Of a stretch of 64,000 bases of DNA, positions 25,254 through 39,005 are shown in pieces. This DNA comes from Nemertoderma westbladi. Lineage: Eukaryota > Animalia > Xenacoelomorpha. The notes beneath the pieces are model-generated. The model saw nothing but the letters and a program-made list of their open reading frames with translations, had not been told where the DNA came from and did not search any database. Both the position numbers and the translations under genes were made by a program. The stretch spans positions 1-64,000 of the forward strand of contig JAUCBJ010004612.1 of assembly GCA_032718475.1 (NCBI GenBank). The letters are read 5' to 3'. The first letter of the stretch is position 1; every line of letters begins with the position of its first letter.

Positions 25254-26195
25254 TTACCCCCCCCCCCCGCCCGTACGGTCACACCAGTCTCGGGTCTGTA
25301 GTGCGGTCCCTGTAAGTGGGGTATTAATAAATGTATCCACGGCCCTTGGCTCCTCGAAAGCACCCGAGCCAGCGTCACTCTCTGACAACCCCAACTGCGC
25401 CAGTTCCAGTTTGCGCTTCTGTCTAGTTTGGTATTGTATAAGCCCGCTAAGGCGAGTATGTAAATCATCCTGCACACGCTTCCCCTCTGCCGCTCTTTCC
25501 TTATTCTCTCGCGCGTTCTGCTCGGCCAGTTCCGCCTCTCTCCTAACTCTCTCCATTCGTCTCACCTCCCTCGCCACCTCACGCTCTCTACGTCCCGCCT
25601 CGCACTCTTTACGTTCACTTTCCTCTCTCACCTCACGCACTTCTTGTTCCTTCCTCCCTATTTCCTCGCACTCCCTAAAGCTTCTCGCGGCCTTCTCGGC
25701 TCTCTCTCCGGTCTCTCTAGCCAGTTCCGTTTCTTTCTCTAATAGCGCTCTCCCCTCCTCTAACTGTCTCTCTATATCTCTCTGGTCTTGCGCTATCAGA
25801 TCGAGATGGTACACCGCATTTATTTCCCTCATCCGTCTTTCTTTTGCGGAGGATGTAGCAGACTTATCGGTTGTGACGGATTCCCTCCGCCTTCCTGTCC
25901 TACTAACTTTCCCCCGCCCCCCAGAACTTCCTCCGACCGACGAGACCGAATCTTCGGGGTTAACCTCGGATTCGCCCTCCTGCGGTCTCCTCCAACCCAC
26001 TAATTTTACTCCCCGGGCATCGACTAAGTATGGCCCTATGTACACTACAGTAGGTTGCATACCCCTACACTCCCATAGATCGCACAGTTCGCTGGCGACC
26101 TCTCTCGCTCTCCCCTCGGCTAGTTCTCTCTGTCCAAAGCGCATTAGGTAGTTAAACTTTTCGTTCGACTCACCTAGTCGCCTTTTCAACTTCAC
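25254..26195 (-). CDS. gag: N-terminal gag region of BEL element 2 (Glu/Arg-rich coiled coil), frameshifted at poly-G runs
   Basis: 313-aa ORF with the PEDSVSSVG...SS motif and long E/R heptads typical of BEL gag N-termini; lies between the 5' LTR and gag-pol. Confidence 0.65.
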   Translation of the reverse strand: MKLKRRLGESNEKFNYLMRFGQRELAEGRAREVASELCDLWECRGMQPTVVYIGPYLVDARGVKLVGWRRPQEGESEVNPEDSVSSVGGSSGGRGKVSRTGRRRESVTTDKSATSSAKERRMREINAVYHLDLIAQDQRDIERQLEEGRALLEKETELARETGERAEKAARSFRECEEIGRKEQEVREVREESERKECEAGRREREVAREVRRMERVRREAELAEQNARENKERAAEGKRVQDDLHTRLSGLIQYQTRQKRKLELAQLGLSESDAGSGAFEEPRAVDTFINTPLTGTALQTRDWCDRTGGGGG

Positions 26196-26702
26196 CGATC
26201 TATCTTGGCCCCTCCTTTGGTCTCTTTGAGCAGTTTCCGGGTCGCGTTGTAGGCCCGTCGAAGTCGATCGCTGACCCCGACGTCCTCGTCGCCGACGTGT
26301 CCTCTATCTCTCCGGGTCCGGCGTCGTACCGTCGGCCCCACCATTGCTGTTCCGGTGGGCCGTTTGTCGTCCTCGGCCTGTGGCTGGCCGGCGACATCGG
26401 CACGTCGACCGCCGTCGTGTGTCGACTCGTCTCTCTCTCCTCCCGACTCGTCTCTCCTTTCTCTCGACTCGTCCTCTGGTTCCAGACGGCCCCCCTCATC
26501 CTGAATTGCTGGATCGCCCGTTGTGGATGGCTCCGGTGTCGTGGGCTGGTACCGTCTTGTCGCGGCCTAGATCGCCGTCCGGGGTCCGCGGCGGTGTCAT
26601 CTCTCCTGTTCGACTCATCTTGTACTTTAGATTGGTGGCTGGTAGTCAGTTTCGTGTAACTGTCGGTATCTATCGCTTAGGGCAGCAGTTGGTTTCAATT
26701 AC

Positions 26703-27348
<646 letters not shown>

Positions 27349-28164
27349 GGGTGCAAAATGTGGTGCTAGCACCAAATTTTGAAAACCATCAAATATATAT
27401 CAATTGATTGTGTCACCTTGTTTCTTGCGTTATACGGGTTTGTGATGGTTCTGAATTCAATGGAATCAGTAAAAATTTCATAAGAGTTCTCAAACTTGTA
27501 TTTTTCGCCGGTGGGTGAAAATTGTTGTGCCAGCACCAAATTTTGGAAAATATGCAAATTGATAAGAAGATAGTATCACCTTGTTTCTTGCGTTATACGG
27601 GTTTATGAGGGTCCTGAATCCGATGTAATCAATAAAAACAGCACTGGACATCGCAAACTTGTACTTTTTGGTGATGGGTACGAAATTTGGTGCTAGCACC
27701 AAAATTTGCCAAATTACGTCGAAAAATACAAGTAGCAATGATCTGGCATATTAGAAATGTATTCCATTAGAATCAGCGCCCTCGAAAACCTGAAAATGTG
27801 AATTTATAGCATCGTATAAGTGAATTAAAAATTTTGTGTTCTAACTGAAAAGTGCTGGTTACTTGTTTTTCTCATTTTTTTCCTACGCAGAGAGGACTAA
27901 ACAGCCATTTATAGTAATCATATCATTTTTTAATATTTTCCAATCTATTTTGCACCCCAGAAAACCTGTATTGAAAAATAATTAGCCGAAAATGTAACTT
28001 TCAAATTTGGTGAAAATTGTGCACTACTTGTAATTTTGGTGCTGCAATATAACCACTCCAGTACATTTTTTCGAAAATTTTTTTTTTTGGTCGGATCCAG
28101 ACAAGTGATACCTGCGGACAAACAAAAAATCAGACGTTTTCGTAAATATTTGTAGATTTTAGAG
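27349..28164. mobile_element. piggyBac-like element, copy A right part (truncated before the TIR)
   Basis: Colinear with 59850-60664; ends at TTTTAGAG without the terminal palindrome or TIR. Confidence 0.9.
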
Positions 28165-28955
28165 AATGCTTTATTAACCTTCACACTACTTCACACTAAT
28201 ATTCACACTAAGGCACACTGATTTGCCGACTGTCACTGATTTTGATCATATATAAGGAGGATTGCAACTCACGTACGTTGGGATTATGAAATAGCATTTA
28301 ATTCACACAAACCACTATAAATTGAGCCACAATTGCTACTGATACACCCTTCTGCTTACCTCAGTAATTAAGAAACTAAACGGGGATTTTACGATTATTC
28401 ATCAGTATTCTCCAAATATAACATCCATTAATATAAACAGCAATTAACAACAGTATAAAACAGTATATTAGAAAGCATTGCGGTGAAAAGAGTATGTGTT
28501 ATGTTCGTGTCGTGCAATATGGTATGTGTTTCGATGTATGTTAATAGATTTGCGTTCCTATAATTCTAGCCTCTGATGTTAGGGTAAAGTCTGAAAGTCA
28601 GAACATCTGAATGAATCCTGAATGAAGTATGGATTCTCGGAAAACTGCCGAATTGTGTCATCTCCCATAGACCGCTGTAAACAGAGAAAGGGAGATCGCT
28701 CTGATTGGCTAAAAATATATGTCAACAAAGAACATTCTCACACAAAGGAACAGCTTGTAGATTTCGTCATTCCAACTCTTGGTTTTTTGACAGACCCGTA
28801 GTTGTACAATTATAAGCCCTTTAGAGTATTTAGCACATTGCGCAAAATGACTTATTTTGTCCGCAAAAGCTTTTACACCGCTCCCAGAAAATGGGATTTG
28901 AGTCTATAAAATATACATAAAATCACAGTTTCTAATATAAAAATACTCTAAACTA

Positions 28956-30290
28956 TCAGTCCTTCTTCCGCGAACGACATTTAAGAAGTTTCTTAAGGCT
29001 TGTGAGAGTCCTTTTCTCCTTGGGGCGAGCCACTTTACTAGGATGGCTATAACTCCTGGGGGAAGGGTGCAATACAATTGTATCGGAAGGGTTTGGATTA
29101 TGGTTGGTGTATCCGCCGGTCGGGGTACCCAGTTGATCGATATTGATATCGGTGGATCGGGATTGGACTACCTTTAGGGTTTGTTTCAGGACGGCAGCTC
29201 GTACTGGTCCTCGATGGGTTGTCTGTACGATAGTGGTAGGTTGACCATATGTAGTGAGAAATTTTCTCGGTTTAATCGTCTTTTCTAATTCGCCTTCCCT
29301 GGCTTTGTATTCATATGGTCGTTTATGAACTTCTTGTAACTTGGGATGTACGTTTATGAATAATTCACCGTATTCAGGATCTTGGCGGATAAAGTTAATC
29401 AGGTTATAAGAAGCCAAGTTATTGGGATTGATATTTCTCAGATATTTCCGAATGTATTTGGTTGAAACACTCTCAACAACACGTTTAATCAGTTCGTAAC
29501 TGGGAGTGCGAGATTTTTGTACAACTGAGGAAAAGAGATATGGGTGAAACGCATAAACTCCTTCATATGCACGTCCTGGATAGTATCGGTGGCGTGATTC
29601 GCAATGGAGATCCGCACTAGCTTCCCAGGATCTGATATAGCATAATGCAACTATTTCGTCCACACTTTCTAGGTCTCGGTTGAAAGGGCAATCAAAACTA
29701 GCGTGTCCTTTGAATTGGCAGTGGTGACATTGAGTCATAAATTGAGGACAAACAGCAAAAATACGCTGATCGTTGAGTCGACAATAAGCACAATAAATTT
29801 CCATAGGAGGTTGGTCTTTAAAGTAGGAGCAGCGTTTGTTGCAGTCTAAAGAAGTAAAGTGGTCACGTGATGCACATAATCGACAATGTTTCCTAGAAAT
29901 ATAATTGGCATGCCGATAATCATATGCCGTGAGACATTGTGGACCTTGATATCATTCCAACACAATCATTATCACTACTCCTGGGCGTTGTGGGTTGAAT
30001 TTCTTCAGATTCTAAGCAAATTGGTTCTTCTTCAACTTACACAGCTTCGACGGATGTAGCCATTTTCTCTAGGGAACCCACCGTTTGAACTTCCACAATA
30101 GTCGCGAAATTAAAAGCAATGGTAAAGTAACAACTCCTGCCTGAGCTGCTGCAGCAGCTAGCTGTGTAGTAATGGTTGAGATAAGGGCTGCCTGAGATAG
30201 AATTCCATGAAGGCAGAAGTTCTTGACTACACCCCTTCTGCTGCTGGCTGCTGGCTGAGTCTACACATCCTTTATCAGCTCTCAGGGATA
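28956..30290 (-). pseudogene. Accessory triple zinc-knuckle protein, homologous to 15172-17094
   Basis: ORF 28956-29804 extends upstream in frame (AYDYRHANYISRKHCRLCASRDH...C), then CAYCRLNDQRIFAVC, CHHCQFKGHASFDC and WEASADLHCESRHR. Upstream part broken by stops/frameshift. Confidence 0.7.
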
Positions 30291-31412
30291 GACAGAAAAT
30301 AGTTGAGTTGTCAATAAACAAAATAAATTATACCACTGCAGTAGGATTATATTATTATTCCACGAATCATTGGGCTGATTATTTTGTGTAGGATATATGT
30401 AGAATGTTCTTAAAAATAATATTCTTATTTTTTTTATTACATAGGATTAGCATCATTTTTTAGCTGAAGCATTAATAGTGCAAATTAATTTAATTATATT
30501 TTAATACCATTACTACATTGGCATAAGATAAGTTTTAACAATTCTTACAAATATTTTAAAACTCAATAGTGGTGCGAGCATAAAACTCAAATCACACAAA
30601 TTTAAAAGAACCGGGTGTGTTGTCATAATATCTATCTCCATAGGTTATTCTGCTGGACTGGGTCTGGGTGCGGCTTTGCTTTTGGGACGGGGTGCTGATT
30701 GAAAGGGGGGTTGAAGGGGGGAACTGTCCCTTTTCACTTTGACTGATTTGCGGTTTTGTTGAATTTCTTGGATATAGTTGTTGTGATGCTAAAATTTAAT
30801 TTGTCTTTGATAATGTATTATTTTGTTTCATATTGTTTAGACCTTCAATTTTCATAATATTAGTTGAGTTTTTGTTTATACATTTGCTCTATAATATATT
30901 ATTATTATTATTTTTTTTTTCTTCTCCAGTCCATATATATTAACCAAATTAAATTCAAATTCGCATCGACAGATAAAAAATTTTTACACAACAAGCAATC
31001 AGCAAGCAATTACACAAAAAGTAATACGAAACGGATAATTGACAAGTTAATGGATAGCCTAGTATGTAAACGTGGTAACATAATCTTATCGCCATATACG
31101 AGGCTTTTGGTACCGGTATGACTTTTTTCAATATTTTACCCTGTGGATAAATACACTTAACCTACAGCAGCGCCTTATGCATATGACAAAAAAAAACCAG
31201 AACATCATAGGTTCTTATTAGCTACCGTATTGAATGCTTAAGTAGCGAAGGTGAGATAAACATAATGACGGAAAATAATTCACCATATAATATAATATAA
31301 TGCACTATTATTGGGACTCGGAATCCCACAGAACAGGATAGAAAAACCAGAAAAAAAGAAAAAAAACATCACTATTACAAATCGAAACATACTAGCAATA
31401 GATTTGATGATT

Positions 31413-34400
31413 TTAACTTAAAAAGTAATCATTGATTAGCTTCCATTTTTGCTCAAAAATGTAAATTTTTGATTCCTGAACTGCGATGTAGTTTTCATAA
31501 AGGAAATTTTTTCGAACATGATGTAGAAAAACAGATATTTGTAGAGCCGGAGTATTTAGGAATTTTTCGCAATAAATATAGTATCTTAGTAACTGTAGGA
31601 GGCAATTAATGATTGGCGGCACTTTTGTGTGGTACCCAAACAACATTGAAAGCTTTGTAAGAATTAATGACTGTTTTGTGTTTTTTAACCACCACAATTT
31701 AAATTCATCAATTAATTTTTTCACAGTTTCACACTCCCAGAAAAGATGTAAATAAGTTTCCTCGAGTGTTTTACAAAAAGAACAAAGGTTTGATGATGAA
31801 ATGCCTATTTTAAATAGCAACGTATTTGTGGGTAACCTACTGTGCAGTAACTTGAATTGAAAGGACCACATTTTCACTTCACGTGAATTTGTTTTGGCCA
31901 TTTGATAAAATTTGTTCCACAAAATTTTATCTACATCAGTGTGTAACTCTAAGCACCATTTTTGACTTGCTACTGTGTTTGTTTCACCAATTTGATCTAT
32001 AAATAATTTGTATGCCGTATTTGTTGATCGTCGACCTTTGTTAATTATGTTCATAGAGAGTGGCGCAGAAGCTCCAAGTACCTGTTTTTTGAGCGCAGTC
32101 CTTAACTGAGTATTAATGGCGTCCACTACACTCATGTAGAAAAAATGGTCTTTTTTGGAAACATTGAATTTTTCTTGTAATTCATTAAAGGAAAGAAATC
32201 TGTTTTGTAGGAGGTTTCTGATGTTATGGATAAAAAAAATACCTTTATTAATCCATTGTTGATGAAAAAGTGGTTTACTATCAATTTTAATATTGGAGTT
32301 TAACCATATAGTTTGATAGTTAACAAAATCATCATTGTTAATGCCGTTTCTGACTGCATAATTTATTCGGCACCAGACAGTTAAGACGTTGCACCAGAAA
32401 TTACCTTTACACACCTTGATATTTTTTATATCATCTGGAAGTAAATTTACAAACCATTTTAAATTTTTGGCGACACTATCCCAGAGTTGCGTGCAGGCGA
32501 GTGTTTTCCACACCGAATGACTATTTTCTATGAGTTTTTGAACCATTTAACTTTTTGACTTTCTATGAAGGTACTTAAGTCGGGGATTTGTGCACCGCCA
32601 ACTTCATATAAGTTAATCATTACTGCTTTTTTAAGTTTTGGCGGTTTTCCAGCCCAGATGAATTTGTCTAATAGGTCTGAGATATTTTTTTGCATGTTCA
32701 CTGATGGGTTTTCAAGACATGCAAATAAATATGTAAATTTTGAGAGCACCAAAGTTTTTGCGATGCATATCCGACCCAATAAAGAGAGTTTATGGCGTGA
32801 CCAAATTTCTACTATTTTTTTTGCCTTTTCCAAGGCGTCAGGAAAATTTAAGCATTCAATGGAGGAAATATTTGTTGAAAGTAGAATCCCGAGGATTTTG
32901 AAAGGCTCTCCAGGAATTAACCACTTGAGCCTTAGCTGTGGACAGATCTTGCCGGCTCTGTTTTTCATGGAGCCAATCCAAGTTACCTCTGTTTTGGATT
33001 TGTTTAGCTTTAAGCCAGAAATATTTCCGAAACCACATACTGTGAAATTATATTATTGCTGTTCCCCATTTGCAGTCCTTTAATTTCATGTGTATTCCTA
33101 ACTACCCCAGCAAGTATTTCAACAGCTAATACAAACAAATATGCCGATAACGGACATCCTTGACGAACACCTCTTGAAGCAACAAAAGATTTTGATAAAT
33201 AACCGTTATTTTGAATCACTAACTTAAAATTGTTGTTATAAAAAATGCCAAACCAAGTGAGAAAAGAGTCTGGAAAATTGAAATGTTTCAATGCCTGTTC
33301 CAAGAAATCCCATTCTACAGAATCAAATGCTTTTTGAAAATCGGCCATCACAACTAGGCCGGATTCCATTGTGTCGATTATGCGTCTTATATTTTCGCCA
33401 ATGTAACGGCCTTTTACAGAACCCGTTTGGTCTGAATTTATTATCGCTACCAAGACGGTTTTCATTCGAGAGGCTAGGGCTTTGCTCAAGATTTTATAGT
33501 CGGTATTTAGTAGAGTGATCGGTCTGCGATTTTCTATTAGAGATGGTATTTTGTCCTTTTTTGGGAAAAGGGACATGATACCTTGACGCTGTGATACTGA
33601 TAGAGATTGTTCTTCAAACGAGAAAAGGAAACTTTCATATACATATTTTTTTTATGTCTGTCCAAAAAAATTTATAAAATTCTGTAGGGAACCCGTCACC
33701 ACCGGGACTTTTCCCATTTGACATTTCCTTTAAGGCAGTCAAACATTCGAGCTCTGATATATTTTTGTCTAGAATTTTTTGGACATTTCATCAAGTTTTG
33801 GTAAGTTGGCACATTTTGTGAAAAATGCTGACGATTGTTCATCTCTGAGGATCGGACAATGATTAAATTTTTTAGACTGGTATAAATCACTATAAAATTG
33901 TACTGCTTCATTGAGAATTTCCTTGTCAGATGTTACACTTTCACCCCTTTTCGTTTTAAGTCTATGAATAGTATTATTTTTTGATTTACTTTTTTCTAAA
34001 TTGAGAAAAAATTTTTCTCCAGCATTATAATTTTGTAATTTTGCCCGAAACATTGAGGCTTGGGCCTCGTTTTCTTCTAATTTAATAAGGTTATTTTGAG
34101 CATTTTGATATGATTGCATTTCGCTGTTTGAAAGAAATTTTTCTCTTCTGTGAAAATTTTCGATCTCAATTTCTAACCTATTTCGTTTTTTTGTGCTTTT
34201 CCTTATTTTTGTTAATGCCATAGCTTATAGCCTTTGTTCGAACATTTAACTTTATCATTTCCCACATTAAATGTGGGTTTATATTATCTTTATATTCGGT
34301 CACTGTATCCGAGATGGTTGTTTTGACAAGGCATATGTAATCTTCATCAGTTAGTAAAGAATTATTGTGTTTCCAGAACCCGGGTCCCTTTTTCCTGTTT

Positions 34401-37400
34401 GTCCAGTTATTTGGTATTTCGAATTGTAAAAAAACCGCCGAATGGTCACTGTAAAATCCGGATACTGATCCGCATTTACTAGTGACAGATGCAATCGAAC
34501 TTGAAACGAGAAAAAAATCTTTTCGTGTACGTACCCATCCTTGGAATACTTTTTGTCTATGTGAAAAGGAAATACCATTTGGGTGCAGTGACCGATATAT
34601 ATCGATTAAATTAATATTTTCCATAGTTTCTAAGACCTCACAACGTACTTTTTCATTTGTCTTTGGAGCTCCACCGAATTTGTCCTTGGTGGGATAAATA
34701 TTTCTCCATTTGACGCAACACCGCCGCGGCCGCTATGAGGGAGGTGAATACCGCGGCCGCTCCTAAAGCCGCAGGCCATCGCTAACTATATAGGTTAACT
34801 TGGGATTCTGGGGGACTTTTCGATGAAGGTACTGACCAAATTTTTTTATTTTCTCACCAGGGGAGCGGCTCGGAATTCTAAGATATTAGCAACTCTAACA
34901 TTATTAAATCTAACCCTTCGACGGACACGGCGGACAAAAAACCGTCATTTTTTCGTCAATTTTAAAATTTTTTGAAAGGCGCTCTACAGTGGCTCGAAAA
35001 AACCCTAGGTTATTGCTTAGCCGACGCCGGGATACGATAGAAGGGATTAATTAGTGAATTCGTTTTTTTTTTCAAAAAAGATTACCACGCCTTTTTTCCG
35101 AAAATGTCCGTCAAATTTGAAAAAACGGACAAAATGACTTTGCGGGATCCGCTATAACTCGGCTAATATTAATCGTACGGGGACAAAAGTAACGCGGTTG
35201 GAAAGGGGAAGAGTGGTACTACCTTCGTATCGAATGGGGGTAAGATATTTATTAAAATTTCGGGTGGAAAAAGGGGCTGTAAATTTGTACGTTTTTGTCC
35301 GTCTTTTTTGGAAAACTTATTTCCGAAAAGTTTAATTCGACAACGCAGGTAGGAATCCACTAATTCTTTTATGAAACTCGTAGAAGACCATTGGGGCTAC
35401 GTTCCTATCGAATGGGGGTACAAAAAATATGTCGGTAATAGGGGCCAAAAAGGGCCAGAATTTGTAAAGTAGTTTTTATCGAATAATTTTTTATTTTTAA
35501 CTTTAGTTGGTTAAGGTACATTCTATACAATCAATATCCATACGGGGAATTCAAATATGCTATTGGTTTTGCTCCAAGGATGATATTAAAAAAATGAGGG
35601 CCAAAATTATAATTTCGCGCTTCAAACTTGCTTCGCGGGAAATCGTCTAGCTCGAAAACTACTTAACTTACGGGAGATTTGTTTACACAGACTTATAGTG
35701 CGTTAAATTATCTATCTAACAGCGTTAATCACAGCGCCGGAGGTATTATAAAACTGGAGCGGCAGGCGATCGTGTGAAATATAATATTTATAAAAAGGGA
35801 CGAAAATTTTTTTTTTTTAACAAATCGCTATTCCATTATAATTTAGCGTATTGCGCCATAAGTACCTGTAAAAAGTATCAAATTAACTCCGCTATCTTTT
35901 ATCTTAACATATATAATTAAAATTACGAATTTTAAGGGTCGAAAAATATCGCGTTATTTTGGCCCTTTTTTTTAATTTTTTTGGGGCCAAAAATAACCCC
36001 TTCTCAAAAGATTAAGAAAAAAATTACGGCAAAGAATATACCAATTTTATTGAATTTGGACCACCAGAACCGAAGTTAGAGCGATTTTAGTGAAAAAATA
36101 AAAATAATTTTTTTTGAAAAAAAATTAAGAATGGTCAGGTCAATATTGGATTTCGAACCCGCGAACTTAGGTTTCATTAACGTGATTGATAACCACTAGA
36201 CTATGTGACCAAGTGAATTTGAAATTTTCGAGTGACTATTTTTAAACATCAATAACTTCGGTTCTACAGGGCCGTTTAATCTGAAACTTTTTTCATTGGA
36301 TACAGAATAGATTGTAGTGTGTGAAATAGGATAAAACTTGGGAAAAGACTTATGTGCACTTAGTGCAAAATGCACTTAAATAGTGAACATTTTTTCGATA
36401 GTTCAAACACTATTATTTCCAGTTCTATTCATCGTAGAATGTTATTTTTTGGATTAAAATGTAGTTTGGAATGATTTCTAACTATAATCGTAACATTTGT
36501 TTAACTTTTTATGTCTATAAAGTGACTTAAAATGTCCATGAATATGGTCCAAAATCGCAAATCCAGATTTATTAAATTGGATTTTTGACACTTTTAGCGA
36601 CTGACACTTGATCATACACTATCGTAGATCGGTAGAGGATAAACATAAGTTTGTTAAATAAGAGCCACCATTACGATCTGCTAAAGTGCATTTGTACAAA
36701 TAAGTGTGCAAAAGTGCAAATTTTTTAATAAGGTCAAATTATATAGTATTGGGTTCTTTTCTTTGCAGATACTTTATTTTCATATTAATATGTTGTTTGA
36801 ACCTTACTGAGCGCATTAGGGGATATGCGTACAAATAACCGGCCCTTATGAGGCTTCGATTGGGTAAATTAATAAAACATAAGGTTGTATAGTATAATAT
36901 TCTAAAAACCAGTGTGATATTAAATGCACTTAAAACAATAAATAGAGATCAAACAACAAATGGACCACACAATTAAAAACTCGCACAATTTTGTACTTAT
37001 TATATCGCTTCAAATTAATTCAACAGTGGATATTTGGGGGGAGGGGGAAGTTACAGTGTGCATTCGGGGGAAGTTTGGTGAACTGCATTTATGCAGTGAA
37101 TCCAAACTTCCCCCTTTGAGATATCATATACTTAAGACATGCTAGGGTGACGGGGAAATATTTGTTACTGTCACACTTTGCTTCCATTTATCCTATCCTT
37201 TATTATTACCCCAGTAAGATAAGAGATAATAAATCAGTAAAAACTAAACTAAACTGTCTTTCATGCAAACAAATTTCTAACTAAAGACGGGTGAATGACC
37301 ATGACCATGGAAATAATTTTAAATATAATCGTATATCAACTATTTGGGGAGGCTTCCAAGTTAAACCCGAAAACAATTATTTTGTTACATATATAGTAAA

Positions 37401-38171
37401 TAACGTTGTATGTTCTTCTTCCTCTCATAATAAAATATATATGAAATATCTCAGATCGCTATGCCCTGTAACATTTCACAACCAAAATATTTAAGTGTGA
37501 AAAGTGTAGGCCTACCACACTCCGCCCAAACAACCGCAAACGCATAGCCAACAAATTTAACAAAAGGTTACATACATGTTGGGTTCATGACGAGATGAGT
37601 GAAAATTGATCGCGTAATATAAAGTAAAAAATTAAGAGACGGGCTGACTCTCCTCCACTTTCTTACCCAATGGATATGTTGTTGTAATAATCTAATATTG
37701 GGGCGGCTTTCTCTCGGTGATGTCTAAGACGCAGTTGAAATCTCCCGCCCATATAACGTTTACACTTTCGAAACAGTTTAACATTTCGTTTTTTATTTGT
37801 TTAATCAGAACACTAGAATCAATATTAAAGTTATAAATATTTACAAGTGTCAGAATTGTACTATTTATATCGACATCTAGAATAATGAATCTTCCTGAAG
37901 GGTCAACGATTTTTTTAATTATTTTATATTGTAAATTTTCGTTAAAAAGGATCGCTACCCCAACACTTTGTGAACTTTTTTTGGTAAAAACGGTATGGCC
38001 CTTCCACTGCTTCGACCAGGCTTCGCAGTCTGAGTCGGAGCTGTGAGTTTCTTGGAGCAGGCAGATATCAAAATTTTTGGCAGTCAATTTGTCAAATACA
38101 ACCTTTCTTTTGATATTTTTTTGTAACCCTCTACAATTTAGAGATACAATATTAATAGGAGTATTCGCCAT
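31413..38171 (-). pseudogene. ORF2: LINE ORF2: APE endonuclease, RT and C-terminal zinc finger, multiple frameshifts
   Basis: SLNCRGL, LLQETH, GDFNCVLD, SDH, WKHNNSLL, RPITLLNTDYKIL, DFQKAFDSV, GVRQGCPLS, CSFCKTLEETYLHLFWEC. Interrupted by 34695-37722. Confidence 0.93.
34695..37722 (-). mobile_element. Non-autonomous Helentron/Helitron2-like element (non-coding, 3.0 kb)
   Basis: Removal restores GDFNCVLDPTKDK with no TSD. Subterminal inverted repeat AAAGCCGC (34765-34772) / GCGGCTTT (37703-37710). GCGGCCGC hairpin (34726-34760) about 30 bp from one end. Confidence 0.6.
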
Positions 38172-39005
38172 AATGAGTTTGTATTAGTTCATATCTTTTA
38201 AAGGAAAAAAAAAATTGGATAATTCTTTGAGTAATTCGTTGAACATTTCGATACTTAAATTGCTGGTGTAGGAAAATATTGCCATCATTTTCTGCTGTTT
38301 CGAAATCTATTGCTGATAGTTTAATATTTAAACCTTGCATGAAAAAAAGGATAAAAAAATAGTGTACATGTACAAATAAAGGGACGTAGACACTTGGGTC
38401 GAATGCAAACTTCACATCAAAAACATTTATGGCGCTGCTGCTGTACTGAAAATTCATATTGATTTTTGAGTATAGCGATATAACAATTATTGTGGAGAGA
38501 TGGAGGAGTATTTTTATTGCATAGCAAAAAAAAGTATTTAAATTTAATACTAATACAATATGGAAGTTCAATAAAAAAATAAGAGGAAATGCAGAAATCG
38601 AGCTGTATTTGTCCACTATAATCATAATGGAGTTCAACCAGTTCGCTGCCGACAAAATTAATAGCCTTTGGTAGGATTATTTCCACACAAACAGTCGCAC
38701 ATTATTCTTTCGCAATGTGAAACAAAAAAAAATGGAATAGACCACAAAAACAGCAACTCTGACTAAATACAAAAACGAAAAGAAAATAACTGAAAAATAA
38801 CTGAGGCCTGCCATTTGCCAGTGCATAGAAAGCCAGTTCGTACTTGGATTCTGCATCAGATTTATGTATTCTACCTTCGGCTGCTAAATCTAACAATGAG
38901 ATTAGTCCATTAACCTATTTCAAAAGTATTTGTAAATTCGGTAATTTAGACCAATCTAAATGGCAATATTCTTAAATGAGTATCAAGGGGTTGACCTACT
39001 CGAAT

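Noticed and set aside
15526-26151. Long plus-strand ORFs antisense to element 2 (e.g. 15526-16284, 22847-23542, 25411-26151)
   Set aside because: Shadow frames of GC- and purine-biased coding sequence; Ser/Leu-rich with no motifs.
29893-30040. Apparent GT-AG intron joining ORF 30037-30321 in frame to the zinc-knuckle ORF
   Set aside because: The supposed intron reads as coding (VEEEPICLESEE..., AYDYRH motif shared with the homolog), so a decayed continuous ORF is simpler. RNA-seq could overturn this.
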